The notes: a model not told the origin generated them from the sequence alone. A stretch of DNA of 63,295 nt, filler included, from Actinomycetota bacterium (GCA_025963875.1; 6 parts of 6 records of this genome joined end to end with filler, not necessarily neighbours in it); one strand, 5' to 3'; shown: positions 10,038 to 20,838, counted from the whole stretch's first letter. A program made the numbers and translations.

Positions 10038-10724
10038 TTAGCGGGCCGTTGCCGCCGGATGGGTGGGGCTTCGGACGTCGATCGATGCGTAGGGCTTGCC
10101 CGTCGCGAGCAGGGTCGTGAGGTCATAGTTCTTCTCCGGAAGGCTGTCGGCCGTGCCGTAGGTGATGGCCGTCTTGTCGGTCAGGATCACGCTGAGCAGG
10201 TCCGGGGACGGAGCGTTCACCCATGCCAGCCGGGGTTTAAGGTCCGCCGGGAAGGCATCGAGGAGTGCCACGGCGGCACCGAACGCCGGGAGGGCCAGCC
10301 GGTCCCCGGGGAAGGAGACCGTAAGCGGCAGGGCGGCAATCACCGGGTAGCCGGCCCCGCCTTCCTGGAGCACGGCCCCCGAGTGGTCGACCAGGTACGT
10401 GCGGGATCCCGCCTGCACCACGACCGCCGGGGTTCGCTCCCGGATGGAGATCCGGATCCGCGACGGCAGGACGTGGGTCACCGTGGCATCCGCGACCCAG
10501 GGAAGGCTGCTCACCCGGGCCGTCACCCGGGCGCTGGAGACCGCCGTGAGCCGGACACCAGGAGACAGCGCCGCCGCGGCCTGCACCTGCTGCGTCGTGG
10601 CGTGGTGGTTGCCGGTGACCTGCACGGTCTCGAGCTTCAGCCACGAGGAGTTCCAGATTCCCACGCCTGCGCTCGCAACGGCCACGGCGACGCTGGCGGC
10701 GACGAGGACGCGCCGGCCCTTCAC
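10038..10724 (-). CDS. ftsQ: Cell division protein FtsQ/DivIB
   Basis: One TM helix, POTRA (VQVTGN..LPWV..ATV..LPS), RERTP, IDVRSP. Confidence 0.92.
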   Translation of the reverse strand: MKGRRVLVAASVAVAVASAGVGIWNSSWLKLETVQVTGNHHATTQQVQAAAALSPGVRLTAVSSARVTARVSSLPWVADATVTHVLPSRIRISIRERTPAVVVQAGSRTYLVDHSGAVLQEGGAGYPVIAALPLTVSFPGDRLALPAFGAAVALLDAFPADLKPRLAWVNAPSPDLLSVILTDKTAITYGTADSLPEKNYDLTTLLATGKPYASIDVRSPTHPAATAR

Positions 10725-11686
10725 CGCGCTTCCCCGGCCCCGCCGCCCCGCAGGAGGTCCGGCTGCTCGAACCGGCCGATCAGGCGGATCTCGGGGGTGA
10801 GGAGGACGCCGGTGCGCTCCAGCACCGCCGCCTGCACCTCCACGAGGAGGCGGTGGACGTCGTGGGCTGTGGCGCCGGGGCGGGCGAGGAAGAAGTTGGC
10901 GTGCTTGCCGGACACCTCGGCCCTCCCGACACGATGACCCTTCATCCCAGCCTCGTCGATCAGCCGGCCGGCCGAAGCCCCCTCGGGGTTCTTGAACATC
11001 GATCCGGCGTTGCGCGCCTCCCCGGGCTGGGTGGCGGCACGGTGGTCCCGGTAGCGCTGCATGCGCGCCGCGATCTCACCGATCTCGCCCGGCGGAGCCG
11101 GCATCAGGGCAAGGCGGGCCGCACAGACGACGTCGTTGTCGTCGAGGTTGGTCGACCTGTACCGCATACTCAGGTGGGCGGCGGGGAGGACAGTGGGGGC
11201 TGCATCGCCCAGGCGGTAGAGGCGCACCCAGTCGAGGACGTCGGACAGCGAGGAGTTGTGCGCCCCGGCATTCATCCGCACCGCCCCACCGAGGCTGGCC
11301 GGGATGGCGACGGCGAACTCCAGGCCACGCAAACCTCGGCCCGCGGCGCGGTTCGCCAGCCGGGGCAGGGGCGTCGCGCTGCCAGCCTCCAGACCGTCCT
11401 CGCCGTCGGCGATCCACTCGAATCCCTTGCCGAGGCGCACGACGATCCCGGGATAGCCCCGGTCCGAGACCAGCACGTTGCTGCCACGCCCCAGCGACAG
11501 GATCGGGAGACCCGATGAGGCTGCGACCGACGCCGTGGCGAGGAGGTCCGACTCGTCGAAGACCTCGACGAGGACCGCTGCCGCTCCTCCCACGCGGAAC
11601 GACGTGAACGGGGCCAGCGGCGCGTCGACCGTCACGCTACCCCGCACCGAGGACCGCAGGGCAACCGCGGCATCGGCGGCGCTCAT
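10721..11686 (-). CDS. murB: UDP-N-acetylenolpyruvoylglucosamine reductase
   Basis: GRGSNVLV, IPASLGGAVRMNAGA, NAGSMFKNP, KHANF. Confidence 0.96.
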   Translation of the reverse strand: MSAADAAVALRSSVRGSVTVDAPLAPFTSFRVGGAAAVLVEVFDESDLLATASVAASSGLPILSLGRGSNVLVSDRGYPGIVVRLGKGFEWIADGEDGLEAGSATPLPRLANRAAGRGLRGLEFAVAIPASLGGAVRMNAGAHNSSLSDVLDWVRLYRLGDAAPTVLPAAHLSMRYRSTNLDDNDVVCAARLALMPAPPGEIGEIAARMQRYRDHRAATQPGEARNAGSMFKNPEGASAGRLIDEAGMKGHRVGRAEVSGKHANFFLARPGATAHDVHRLLVEVQAAVLERTGVLLTPEIRLIGRFEQPDLLRGGGAGEAR

Positions 11687-13128
11687 GTCAGCTCAGCGTC
11701 CGCCCGCTCGGTGTCGATGACCCGCTGGGGCAGCGTGGTGATGTCGCCCGCCCCCATGCTGAGCACGAGGTCCCCTGCCCGCAGCTGCGCGCGCACGTAG
11801 CCGGCCGCCTCCCCCAGATGGGAGAAGTACGCCACCCGCCGGCCTGGCCGGGCCTCGGACACCGCGTCGACGATCAGCTTCCCGGTGACGCCCGGAATCG
11901 GCTGCTCCCGGGCTCCGTAGACATCGGTGACCACGACCACGTCGGCCTGGGCCAGCGCCGTTCCGAAGGCTCGCCACATGGCCTGGGTCCGGCTGTAGAG
12001 GTGCGGCTGGAAGACGGCGATGATGCGTTTCCAGGGACCCCACCGGGCGGCCTCGAGCGTGGCCGCGATCTCGGTCGGATGGTGGGCGTAGTCATCGAAG
12101 AGGTCGGCGCCCCGCACCGTGCCCCGGTACTCGAAGCGCCGGTTGGCCCCGGCGAACCCCACGAGGCCCTCGGCGACCGTCCCTGGCTCCAACCCGAGCG
12201 CGAGACCCGCGGCGGCCGCCCCCAGCGCGTTCTGCACGTTGTGGCGACCGGCAATTCGCAGCTGCACCGTTGCGGCCGGGCGGCCCCCGATCGTGAGGGC
12301 GAAGCGAGAGCCTGCGGCGCTCGTCTCGACGCCGGCGGCACTCACGTCGGGCGTCGCAGCCCCCGCCCCCGAGGCTGCGGAGTCGCCGAGGCCGTACGTG
12401 ATCAACCGGCCGGCACGAACCGAGGACGCGAGCGCCAGGGCACGGGCGTCGTCGGCGCACAGGATGACCGTGCCGGTGGCCGACCCAACAAACTGCTCGA
12501 AGGCACCGGTCAGGGCCTCCATCGTCCCGTAGTGGTCGAGGTGGTCCTCCTCGACGTTGGTCACGAGGGCAATGTCGGGTGCCAGCCACAGGAAGGAGCC
12601 GTAGGCCTCGTCCGCCTCGACGACCGCCAGGTCACCCAACCCCAGGCGCCCTCCGGGACCCCGGTCGGCCAGGTCGGCACCGAGCAGCCAGGTGGGATCG
12701 AGCCCCGCGGCCTGCGACAGCGTCGCCACCATCCCCGACGTGGTCGTCTTGCCGTGCGTGCCGGCGACGGCCACGGTCGGCACATCCTGCACGAGCAGCG
12801 CCAGGGCCTCACCGCGGGGGATGACGGGGATGCCCGCATCGCGCGCCGCCAGGATTTCGACGTTGTCCTCGGGGACGGCGGCCGAGGCGACCACCAGGTG
12901 TGCCCCTTCGACGCGGCGTCGGCGGTGGCCGACCTCCACGGTCACGCCGAGCCCCCTGAGGGCACCGAGGACCGCCGATTCCCGCTGGTCCGAGCCCGAG
13001 ACCTCGTAGCCGGCCTCCCGGAGGACCCGGGCGATGGCGCTCATGCCGGCCCCGCCGACGCCGACCAGGTGGACGTGGCCGCCCGGAGGGACGCCGTAGG
13101 AGGCGAGCCCCTTCCCGGGGCCGTTCAC
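11683..13128 (-). CDS. murC: UDP-N-acetylmuramate--L-alanine ligase
   Basis: GVGGAGMS, GTHGKTTT, EADE, DHLDHY, DDYAHHPTE, FQPHLYSRT. Confidence 0.97.
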   Translation of the reverse strand: MNGPGKGLASYGVPPGGHVHLVGVGGAGMSAIARVLREAGYEVSGSDQRESAVLGALRGLGVTVEVGHRRRRVEGAHLVVASAAVPEDNVEILAARDAGIPVIPRGEALALLVQDVPTVAVAGTHGKTTTSGMVATLSQAAGLDPTWLLGADLADRGPGGRLGLGDLAVVEADEAYGSFLWLAPDIALVTNVEEDHLDHYGTMEALTGAFEQFVGSATGTVILCADDARALALASSVRAGRLITYGLGDSAASGAGAATPDVSAAGVETSAAGSRFALTIGGRPAATVQLRIAGRHNVQNALGAAAAGLALGLEPGTVAEGLVGFAGANRRFEYRGTVRGADLFDDYAHHPTEIAATLEAARWGPWKRIIAVFQPHLYSRTQAMWRAFGTALAQADVVVVTDVYGAREQPIPGVTGKLIVDAVSEARPGRRVAYFSHLGEAAGYVRAQLRAGDLVLSMGAGDITTLPQRVIDTERADAELT

Positions 13129-14258
13129 CGGCGTGCCGCCGCTCGCACCACGTCCGCCAGCGACTCCGCGGCCTGGGGCCGCGCAAACTCGTGGATGGAG
13201 GCGCTCATCGCTCCAAGGCGTGACTCGTCCCACAGCAGGTCATCGACCAACTCTCCCACCGATCCGGCCGTGCAGTCGGCGTCGAGCAGCAGGACCACGG
13301 CCTTACTGTCTACCAGAGGTTGAGCGTTCGCTCGCTGATGGTCGGCGGTGGCGTAGGGATACGGGACGACGATCGCAGGCAGGGCGGCCGAGGCGATCTC
13401 GAACAGGGTGGCGGCTCCGGCACGGCACAGCGCCAGATCCGCCACGGAGTAAGCGAGATCCATCCGGTCGGTCGACCCGACGAGGCGCCAGAGGACCCGG
13501 TCCTCCGGCAGGCGAAGATCCTCGAGGCGCGCCTCGGCCCCGGGGAGCTCCTTCGGCCCGACCAGGTGGAGCACCTGGAGGCGCTCGTCGCCCCGCCAGC
13601 GCTCGTAGGCGCCGAGGGCCGCCTCGTTGATGCGGCGGGCACCCTGGCTCCCGCCGAAGACGAGCAGCGTGCGGCGACTGGCCTCCAGTCCGAAGTGGTC
13701 ATAGGCCTCGGTGCGGTGGGCGAAGCGGTCCAGGGTCGCCACCTCCGGGCGGATGGGGTTTCCCGTCATCGTGACCGGAGCCCGGAACCAGCGCTCCGCG
13801 CCCGGGAACGACACCGCCACCGCGGCCGCCCACCGCCCGGCAAGGCGGTTCGCGACGCCGGGGATGGCGTTGGCCTCGTGCAGGACAAGGGGAATGCGGA
13901 GCATGGCCGCCGCCATCGCCACCGGGATGCTGACATAGCCACCGGTCCCGACGGCGACGTCGGCCCGCGCCCGGCGCAGGATCCCGACCGCACGGCCCGT
14001 TGCCAGGGCGCCCTTGGCGGCGGCGAGCACGTTGCGGGGGGAGACGGAGCGGCGGAATCCCAGGACGTCGATGCCCTCGAAGGCGATGCCCTGGGCCCTG
14101 ACCGTCGTTGCCTCGGGACCGCCCTGCCGGCCGACGATGCGAACGTCCGCGGCATGCTTCGTGAGCGCCTTGGCCAGCGCAATTGCCGGAACGATGTGCC
14201 CTCCGGTCCCCCCGCCGGCGATGACGACGCTCAGGGGCGCCTCATCCACGACGGCCAT
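13125..14258 (-). CDS. murG: MurG glycosyltransferase
   Basis: GGGTGGHI, GTGGYVS, HEAN, GNPIR, GGSQGA, RAGA, HQRANA. Confidence 0.97.
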   Translation of the reverse strand: MAVVDEAPLSVVIAGGGTGGHIVPAIALAKALTKHAADVRIVGRQGGPEATTVRAQGIAFEGIDVLGFRRSVSPRNVLAAAKGALATGRAVGILRRARADVAVGTGGYVSIPVAMAAAMLRIPLVLHEANAIPGVANRLAGRWAAAVAVSFPGAERWFRAPVTMTGNPIRPEVATLDRFAHRTEAYDHFGLEASRRTLLVFGGSQGARRINEAALGAYERWRGDERLQVLHLVGPKELPGAEARLEDLRLPEDRVLWRLVGSTDRMDLAYSVADLALCRAGAATLFEIASAALPAIVVPYPYATADHQRANAQPLVDSKAVVLLLDADCTAGSVGELVDDLLWDESRLGAMSASIHEFARPQAAESLADVVRAAARR

Positions 14259-15396
14259 TGCGCGCGATCGAGAGGAGGATGCCGATCGCCGCCATCGTCA
14301 GCACCAGCGAGGTGCCCCCGAAGGAGACCATCGGGAGTGGGACCCCGGTGATCGGCAGCATCCCGGTCACCGCTCCGATGTTGATGACAGCCTGGAGGCC
14401 GATCCACGCCGTGATCCCGCCGGCCACGAGGAAGCCGAAACGGTCGGGCGCCTCCCGGGCGATGCGGATGCCGAGGTAGCAGAAGAAGCCGAAGGCGGCC
14501 AGCACGAGCAGGGTCCCGATCAGTCCGAGCTCCTCGCCGATGATGGCGAAGATGAAGTCGGTGTGGGCATTGGGCACGTAGGACCACTTCTGCCGGCTGG
14601 CCCCGAGGCCGACCCCGAACCAGCCGCCACTGCCGAGAGCGATCTGTCCCTGGATGATCTGGTAGCCGCCCTTGAGCGGGTCGGCCCACGGGTGCAGGTA
14701 GGAGGTGAAGCGCGCCCGCTGGTAGCCCTGGGTGAGGATGAGCCCCGCGGCGGCCAGGGACCCCAACGAGACGAGGGCGCCGAGATGGCGCATCCTCGCC
14801 CCGGCGAGGTAGAGGACGGTCAGCACCGCGCCCACGGTGATGATCGTCGTCCCGAGGTCGGGCTGGGCAACCATCAACAGGCACGCGAGGGCGGTCATGG
14901 GGATCACGGGGATACAGAGCTCCCGGATGTCGCCGACGAAGCCGCCCTTGCGTTCGATCACGTGGGCGCTGACGAGAATGAGGGCCAGCTTGGCGAGCTC
15001 GGAGGGCTGCACCGTGACCGGGCCGAAGGTCAGCCAGCGGCTGGAGCCGCCGCCGGCGACCCCGATCCCCGGGATGAGGGCCGCCACGAGGCCGGCCAGG
15101 GTCAGCCAGAACAGGGGGCGGGCGAGCTTGCGCAGGCGGCGGTAGTCGAACCGGGACAGGCCCAGCAGGGCCACGAGGCCCATGGCGGCGCCAACGAGCT
15201 GCTTGCGGAAGAAGAGGAACGACGACCCGTAGGTCTTGAACGCCTCGACCGAGGACGCGGAGAGGATCATGACGAGGCCCATCCCGATCATCGCGGAGCT
15301 GGTGGCGGCCATGAGGCGGAACGTGTCGCCGTGCCGGAGTCCGGTGGAGACGGGGTGCTCGGCCGTTGCCGGTGGGGCGAGCGTGTCGCTGCTCAT
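14242..15396 (-). CDS. ftsW: SEDS peptidoglycan glycosyltransferase FtsW
   Basis: VQPSELAK, QPDLGT, GYQ, HTDFIF, PITGVPLP; ATGA overlap with murD. Confidence 0.97.
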   Translation of the reverse strand: MSSDTLAPPATAEHPVSTGLRHGDTFRLMAATSSAMIGMGLVMILSASSVEAFKTYGSSFLFFRKQLVGAAMGLVALLGLSRFDYRRLRKLARPLFWLTLAGLVAALIPGIGVAGGGSSRWLTFGPVTVQPSELAKLALILVSAHVIERKGGFVGDIRELCIPVIPMTALACLLMVAQPDLGTTIITVGAVLTVLYLAGARMRHLGALVSLGSLAAAGLILTQGYQRARFTSYLHPWADPLKGGYQIIQGQIALGSGGWFGVGLGASRQKWSYVPNAHTDFIFAIIGEELGLIGTLLVLAAFGFFCYLGIRIAREAPDRFGFLVAGGITAWIGLQAVINIGAVTGMLPITGVPLPMVSFGGTSLVLTMAAIGILLSIARNGRRG

Positions 15397-16793
15397 CGCA
15401 CCCCGGCCTGCTCGAGTCGGGCAACCGCGGCGGCGAAACGGTCGCCCCGCTCGGCGTAGCTCGCATACTGGTCGAGGCTCGAGCACGCCGGGGACAGCAG
15501 GACGGTGTCGCCGGGCGCCGCCCATCCCGCTGCCGTCTCCACCGCCTCCTCGACCCAGGTGGCCGTCGCGAAGCGGACGCGCCCGGCGAAGAGGCCCTCC
15601 AGCTCGTCGGTTGCCTCTCCCATGGCCACGACCCCGACCAGCCGGTGGGCGTGCTCCGCGAGGGCGGACAGGTCGAGGCCCTTGGCCCTGCCACCTGCGA
15701 TCAGCACCACGCGCTCCAGGCCCTGCAGGGCGCTGAGGGTGGCGTGCGGGTTGGTGGCCTTGGAATCGTCGATGTAGCGGACCCCATCGATTTCCCCGAT
15801 CAACGTGCTTCGGTGTGGCAACGGGGAGAAGGCGGCGACCGCGGCACCGATCACCTCCGGGTCCACCCCCCACTCCAGGGCCGCCAGCGAGGCGGCCAGG
15901 ACATTCTCCAGGTTGTGCGGCCCCGCCAGCCGGATTTTCGCGACCTCGACGATCGATGCCTGCCCCGCAGACCCTTCGGCGACCACCCTTCCCCCTTCGA
16001 TCCCCGCAGCCGCCGCGAGGGGGCGGTGGAGGTCCCGGGCAGCGGCGTGGACGGAGGCGAGATCCCCGAGACCGTAGGCGGCCGGCCGCGACGGTGCCCC
16101 TGCGGCGATGCTGCGTGCCCCCCGGTCGGCAGATCCGGCGACGAGGAGGTCCTCCGCGGTCTGCGCCCGCGCGATCCTGGCCTTGGCCGAGAGGTAGTCG
16201 TCGTAGCCGGCGTGCCAGTCGTAGTGGTCGTCGGCAACGTTGAGGACGATGGCGATCGAGGGCCGGAAGGTGTCCGAGAACGCGAGCTGGAAGCTCGAGA
16301 CCTCGCACACGATGACGTCGCAGGAGCCGCCGACCGCCTCCACCAGCGGGTAGCCGATGTTGCCGGCGGCGACCGCGTCGAGGCCCCCCGCCTGCAGCAA
16401 CGCGGCGAGCAGGGTGGTCGTGGTGGTCTTCCCGTTGGTGCCGGTCACGGCGAGCACCGGCACGCGGGCGAACCGCCAGGCGAGTTCGATCTCGCTCCAG
16501 ACCGGGATGCCGCGCCGCAGGGCAGCCGCGATCACGGGATTGGCGGGCGGCACGCCGGGCGACACCACCAGTGCCTCGGCCCAGGCGGCGATGCCCTCGC
16601 TGTGCCCCCCCAACTGGGTGACGACGCCGAGGGCCGCAAGCTCCGCAGCCACGCCGGCGAGGGCGGGGCTGTCGCCCGCCTCGGTAACCCGGACCTCGAT
16701 GCCCGCTCCCACGAGGAGCCGGGCGGCCGCAGCACCGGAGCGGCCGAGGCCCACGACGGCGGCCCGGCGGAACGGCAGGATCACGTGAGTCAC
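15393..16793 (-). CDS. murD: MurD D-glutamate ligase
   Basis: GLGRSG, SPGVP, TGTNGKTTT, EVSSFQL, DDSKATN, LSPACSSLDQY. Confidence 0.97.
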   Translation of the reverse strand: MTHVILPFRRAAVVGLGRSGAAAARLLVGAGIEVRVTEAGDSPALAGVAAELAALGVVTQLGGHSEGIAAWAEALVVSPGVPPANPVIAAALRRGIPVWSEIELAWRFARVPVLAVTGTNGKTTTTTLLAALLQAGGLDAVAAGNIGYPLVEAVGGSCDVIVCEVSSFQLAFSDTFRPSIAIVLNVADDHYDWHAGYDDYLSAKARIARAQTAEDLLVAGSADRGARSIAAGAPSRPAAYGLGDLASVHAAARDLHRPLAAAAGIEGGRVVAEGSAGQASIVEVAKIRLAGPHNLENVLAASLAALEWGVDPEVIGAAVAAFSPLPHRSTLIGEIDGVRYIDDSKATNPHATLSALQGLERVVLIAGGRAKGLDLSALAEHAHRLVGVVAMGEATDELEGLFAGRVRFATATWVEEAVETAAGWAAPGDTVLLSPACSSLDQYASYAERGDRFAAAVARLEQAGVR

Positions 16794-17863
16794 CCCACAC
16801 CTCCGCGGGCGATGAAGTCGGCGTAGAACAGGCCGAGGCCGAAGGCAACGAAGAGGCCCGCGAGGATCCAGAAGCGCACGATGACGGTGAACTCCGGCCA
16901 GTCGAGCAGCTCGAAGTGGTGGTGTAGCGGCGCCATCAGCAGCGCCCGCCGGCCGAACACCCGGAACGACACCACCTGGAGGATCACCGAGCTGACCTCG
17001 ATCACGTAGAGGCCGCCGATGACGATGATCAACAGGTCGGTGTTGGTGAGCAGGGCCAGCGCTCCCATCGCCCCACCGAGCGCGAGCGACCCCGTGTCCC
17101 CCATGAAGATGCGGGCGGGGGCGGCGTTCCACCACAGGAACCCGGCGGCCGCGCCAAGCAGGCTGGCCGCAACGATCGAGAGGTCGAGCGAGTGCGGCGT
17201 CATGTAGCAGACCGATGCGGCGACGGCCTTGCCGGTCGCCCCGTCGATCTTGCACACGTGGCGGAACTGCCAGAAGGTGATGACGACGTAGGCCCCCATC
17301 ACCATGGCGGCCGAGCCGCACGCCAGGCCGTCCAGGCCGTCGGCAAGGTTCACGCCGTTGGAGGATGCGGCGATCACGGCGAAGACCCAGAGGACGAACA
17401 GGGGCCCGAGGGCGATGCCGAGCGGCCGGACGAAGGACACCTGGGTGGATGCCTGGGTGTAGTGGTGGGCGAAGAGGGCGAAGACCACGGCGAGCACCGC
17501 CTGGCCGGCGATCTTCCACCGCTTGTTGAGCCCGAGGGAGCGGCGCTTGTGGACCTTGATGTAGTCGTCGATGAACCCCAGGGCCCCGAGCCCGACGACG
17601 ATGAAGAGTGCGAGCAGGCCACTGGCGGTGAACGGTGCTGCCTTGTGATGGGGGATGTGGGCCGCGCCGTAGGCGACGAGGGCCGCGCCGATGATGACGA
17701 GGCCCCCCATCGTCGGCGTGCCCTTCTTGGCGACGTGGGCCTTCGGGCCGTCCTCCCGGATGCGCTGGCCGATGCCCTTCGCGCGCAGGATGCGGATGGC
17801 CACCGGGGTGCCGAACAGCGCCAGGGCCAGCGACAAGCTGGCCGCGATCATGAGGCGCGTCAA
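16790..17863 (-). CDS. mraY: Phospho-N-acetylmuramoyl-pentapeptide transferase
   Basis: KKGTPTMGG, DDY, NLADGLDGL, FMGDTGS, MAPLHHHFE. Confidence 0.98.
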   Translation of the reverse strand: MTRLMIAASLSLALALFGTPVAIRILRAKGIGQRIREDGPKAHVAKKGTPTMGGLVIIGAALVAYGAAHIPHHKAAPFTASGLLALFIVVGLGALGFIDDYIKVHKRRSLGLNKRWKIAGQAVLAVVFALFAHHYTQASTQVSFVRPLGIALGPLFVLWVFAVIAASSNGVNLADGLDGLACGSAAMVMGAYVVITFWQFRHVCKIDGATGKAVAASVCYMTPHSLDLSIVAASLLGAAAGFLWWNAAPARIFMGDTGSLALGGAMGALALLTNTDLLIIVIGGLYVIEVSSVILQVVSFRVFGRRALLMAPLHHHFELLDWPEFTVIVRFWILAGLFVAFGLGLFYADFIARGGVG

Positions 17864-19290
17864 CTGGGTTCCGCCTGGGTGCTCACGGCGGCGGATGGCA
17901 CCAGTCGCGGCGCGAGGCGCTCCAGTCCCGCCACGCGCGACGCCTTCACGAGGACCACGTCGCCGCGTCGCAGCTCACCCAGCGCCTCCAGGGCGCCGTC
18001 AACGCCGGCGGCGCCCGGCACGACCACGACGTCCTCCAGGCCGGCGAGCTTCGCCCCGGCCGCCATGCCAGCGGCGCGCTCGCCGACGACCACCAGGCGC
18101 TGCACCGACTGCGCCGCCAGCGCCCCGGCCCGCTCGTGTTCCGGCCCCTCGAGAACGCCGAGTTCCGCCATGTAACCGAGGACGGCGAGGAGCCTGCCCC
18201 CGGGCGGCACCATCGCGGCACACGTGCCCAGGGCGGCGGCCACCGACGTCGGGTTGGCGTTGTAGGCATCGTTGACCACGACGACCCCGCCCCGCTCGGT
18301 CACCTCCATGCGCCAGGGCGAGCTCCTCGCCCGCTCGAGGCCGGTGGCCACCTCGTCGAGCGACATGCCGAGGGCGAGCCCGGCGGTGGCGGCGGCGAGG
18401 GCGTTGGAGACCTGGTGGCGGCCGGAGACGCCGAGGCGGACCTCCCGGTGCTCGTAGCCCCGGACGAGACGGAACGACGGCCTGCCGAGAGCATCGACCT
18501 CGACCGCCTCGCCGCGCAGCCAGGGCCGGGCTGTCCGGGGTGCCCCCTCGTCAAGACCGTAGGTCAGCACCTCGGCAGCCGTGACCCCGGCCATCCCGGC
18601 CACCCTTGGATCGTCGGCGTTCAGCACCGCCACCCCTCCCTCGGGCAGCGATGCCACCAGCTCGGACTTGGCGGCGACGATGGCGTCCACCGATCCGAAC
18701 TGCTCGTAGTGGGTCACCCCCACGTTGGTCACGATGCCGATCTGCGGGCGGACATAGGTGCAGAGGTCACGGATCTGCCCGGGTCCCCTCGCCCCGAGCT
18801 CGCACACGAGCACCTCGGTGTCCTCGCTGGTCTGAAGGAGCGTCAGCGGGACCCCCAGCTCGTTGTTGTGGGATCGCTCGGCGGCGACGGTGCGGAACCT
18901 CACCCCGGCAACGGAGGCCAGCAGGTCCTTGGTGGACGTCTTGCCGGTCGACCCGGTGATGCCGACGACGATGGGGTCGGCGACGTCGCGTACCCACGCC
19001 CCGAGCGCGCGCAGCGCGGCCAGCGGGTCCTCGACCACCAGGAGGGGCCCCAGCGGCGCGCCGGCGAGGTCGACGACCGGGCGCGTCACCATCGCGGCAG
19101 CCGCACCGGCCCGCAGCGCTGCCTCGACGAAGGTGTGCCCGTCGGCGAAGTCGCCCGGGAGGGCCACGAACAGGTCGCCCGGGCGCGCGCGGCGCGAGTC
19201 GACGCAGACGCGGGTCGCCTCGGTGCCGGGTGTGCCTCCCACCAGCCTCCCGCCCGAGATGCGGGCGGCCTCCCCGAGCGTGAGCTTCAT
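17860..19290 (-). CDS. murF: MurF ligase
   Basis: DSR, GITGSTGKTSTK, NNELGVPLT, NDAYNANP, VKASR. Confidence 0.97.
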   Translation of the reverse strand: MKLTLGEAARISGGRLVGGTPGTEATRVCVDSRRARPGDLFVALPGDFADGHTFVEAALRAGAAAAMVTRPVVDLAGAPLGPLLVVEDPLAALRALGAWVRDVADPIVVGITGSTGKTSTKDLLASVAGVRFRTVAAERSHNNELGVPLTLLQTSEDTEVLVCELGARGPGQIRDLCTYVRPQIGIVTNVGVTHYEQFGSVDAIVAAKSELVASLPEGGVAVLNADDPRVAGMAGVTAAEVLTYGLDEGAPRTARPWLRGEAVEVDALGRPSFRLVRGYEHREVRLGVSGRHQVSNALAAATAGLALGMSLDEVATGLERARSSPWRMEVTERGGVVVVNDAYNANPTSVAAALGTCAAMVPPGGRLLAVLGYMAELGVLEGPEHERAGALAAQSVQRLVVVGERAAGMAAGAKLAGLEDVVVVPGAAGVDGALEALGELRRGDVVLVKASRVAGLERLAPRLVPSAAVSTQAEPS

Positions 19291-20801
19291 CGCCTGCCGT
19301 CGGCGCCGGCCAACCGCTGCAGGGACACCGCGGCAACCCTGGCGTCGTCGAAGTCGACCACGCGGTCGCCGAAGTTCTGGGTGGTCTCGTGGCCCTTCCC
19401 GGCGATCACGACCACGTCGCCGGGGCGGGCGCCGGCGATGGCGGCTTCGATGGCTTCTCCCCGGTCGGCGATCAGGTGGTAGCCGAGCCGCGGGGGTGCC
19501 CCGGCGATGCCCGACTCGATCTCGGCCATGATCGCCTCGGGGGCCTCCGTCCTGGGGTTGTCGGAGGTGACGAAGACAACATCGGAATGCTCCGCCGCGG
19601 CCTTGCCCATCAGCGGCCGCTTGGTGCGGTCGCGGTCGCCGCCGCAGCCAAAGACGGCGATGACCCGGGGCCGGCCGCCGCCGTCCCGCGTCAGGTCCCT
19701 CGCCGCGGCGAGCACGCGGCCGAGTCCGTCGGGGGTGTGCGCATAGTCCACGACGACGGCGAAGTCCTGCCCCTCCTCAACGAGGTCGAACCGCCCGGGG
19801 ATGCGCGGGAGGTTCGCAAGGCCCTCGGCGATCGCACCGATCGGCGCGCCGAGGGCGGTGGCCGCCGCCGAGGCCGCCAGCGCGTTGGCGACGTTGAAGT
19901 GTCCGGGAAGGCGCATATGCAACGGCTGGTCCAGAATCCTCCCCGCCACGCTTCCTTCAAGGCGGAAGCTCGACCCGGCCGGACCGGTCGTCACATCGAG
20001 CGCCCGCACACCCGCCTCCGCGTCGAGCGCGTAGGTCACGGAGGGGACGTCACGCAGTTCGTTCACCAGGCGGACTCCATAGGGGTCGTCGACGTTGACC
20101 ACGGCGAGCGCGGTCCTCTCCGGCACGAAGAGGGCACGCTTGGCACGGTAGTAGGTCTCGAGGTCGCCATGGTAGTCGAGGTGGTCCTGGGTGAGGTTGG
20201 TGAAGACGGACACGCCGAACTCGGTGCCGTCCACCCTGCCCTGGGCCAGGCCGACGGAGGTGACCTCCATGGCGCAGAACCCCACCCCGACATCGACCAT
20301 CCTGCGAAGCAGCCGCTGGAGGTCCGCCGATTCGGGCGTCGTCCGGCTACCCGGTATCGTCCCCCCGGCAAATCGTGTCTCGACCGTGCCGATGAGGCCG
20401 GTCGCCTTCCCCGCTGCGCCGAAGATGGCGTCGAGCATGTAGGTCGTGGTCGTCTTGCCGTTCGTGCCCGTCACCCCCGCGAGGGCCAGGCTCCGGCTCG
20501 GGTGCCCGAAGAAGGGGGCGGCCGCTCGGTTCATCGCTCCCCGCGCGTCCTCCACGACAAGCTGGGGGACCGGGAGGTCCAGCACCCGCTCGACCACCAG
20601 GGCAACCGCTCCCGCCGCCACGGCAGCCGGCGCGTGGCGGTGACCGTCGTCGACGGCCCCCGGGCGGCAGAAGAACAGGCTCCCCGGCGACGTCCGGCGG
20701 GAGTCGAAGGCGAGGTCCGTCACCTCGGTGGCATCCTCGCCCGGTCCCAGACCCCGCACCTGCATGGGGCGGACCAGGGCGGCGATCTCGGAGAGCCGCA
20801 T
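19287..20801 (-). CDS. murE: MurE ligase, meso-DAP type
   Basis: TGTNGKTTT, TTPES, DHLDYH, DYAHTPD, GGDRD, DNPR, GKGHE. Confidence 0.97.
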   Translation of the reverse strand: MRLSEIAALVRPMQVRGLGPGEDATEVTDLAFDSRRTSPGSLFFCRPGAVDDGHRHAPAAVAAGAVALVVERVLDLPVPQLVVEDARGAMNRAAAPFFGHPSRSLALAGVTGTNGKTTTTYMLDAIFGAAGKATGLIGTVETRFAGGTIPGSRTTPESADLQRLLRRMVDVGVGFCAMEVTSVGLAQGRVDGTEFGVSVFTNLTQDHLDYHGDLETYYRAKRALFVPERTALAVVNVDDPYGVRLVNELRDVPSVTYALDAEAGVRALDVTTGPAGSSFRLEGSVAGRILDQPLHMRLPGHFNVANALAASAAATALGAPIGAIAEGLANLPRIPGRFDLVEEGQDFAVVVDYAHTPDGLGRVLAAARDLTRDGGGRPRVIAVFGCGGDRDRTKRPLMGKAAAEHSDVVFVTSDNPRTEAPEAIMAEIESGIAGAPPRLGYHLIADRGEAIEAAIAGARPGDVVVIAGKGHETTQNFGDRVVDFDDARVAAVSLQRLAGADGRR

Positions 20802-20838
20802 GCGGGCCCAAGCATCGCGCACGCCGGCGCTCAGACAC

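Noticed and set aside
14242..17519. Apparent 868-aa FtsW and 708-aa MurD, likewise the 814-aa GcvPB and 640-aa Cys-rich ORFs
   Set aside because: Upstream extensions in stop-poor frames; true starts are marked by ATGA/GTGA overlaps
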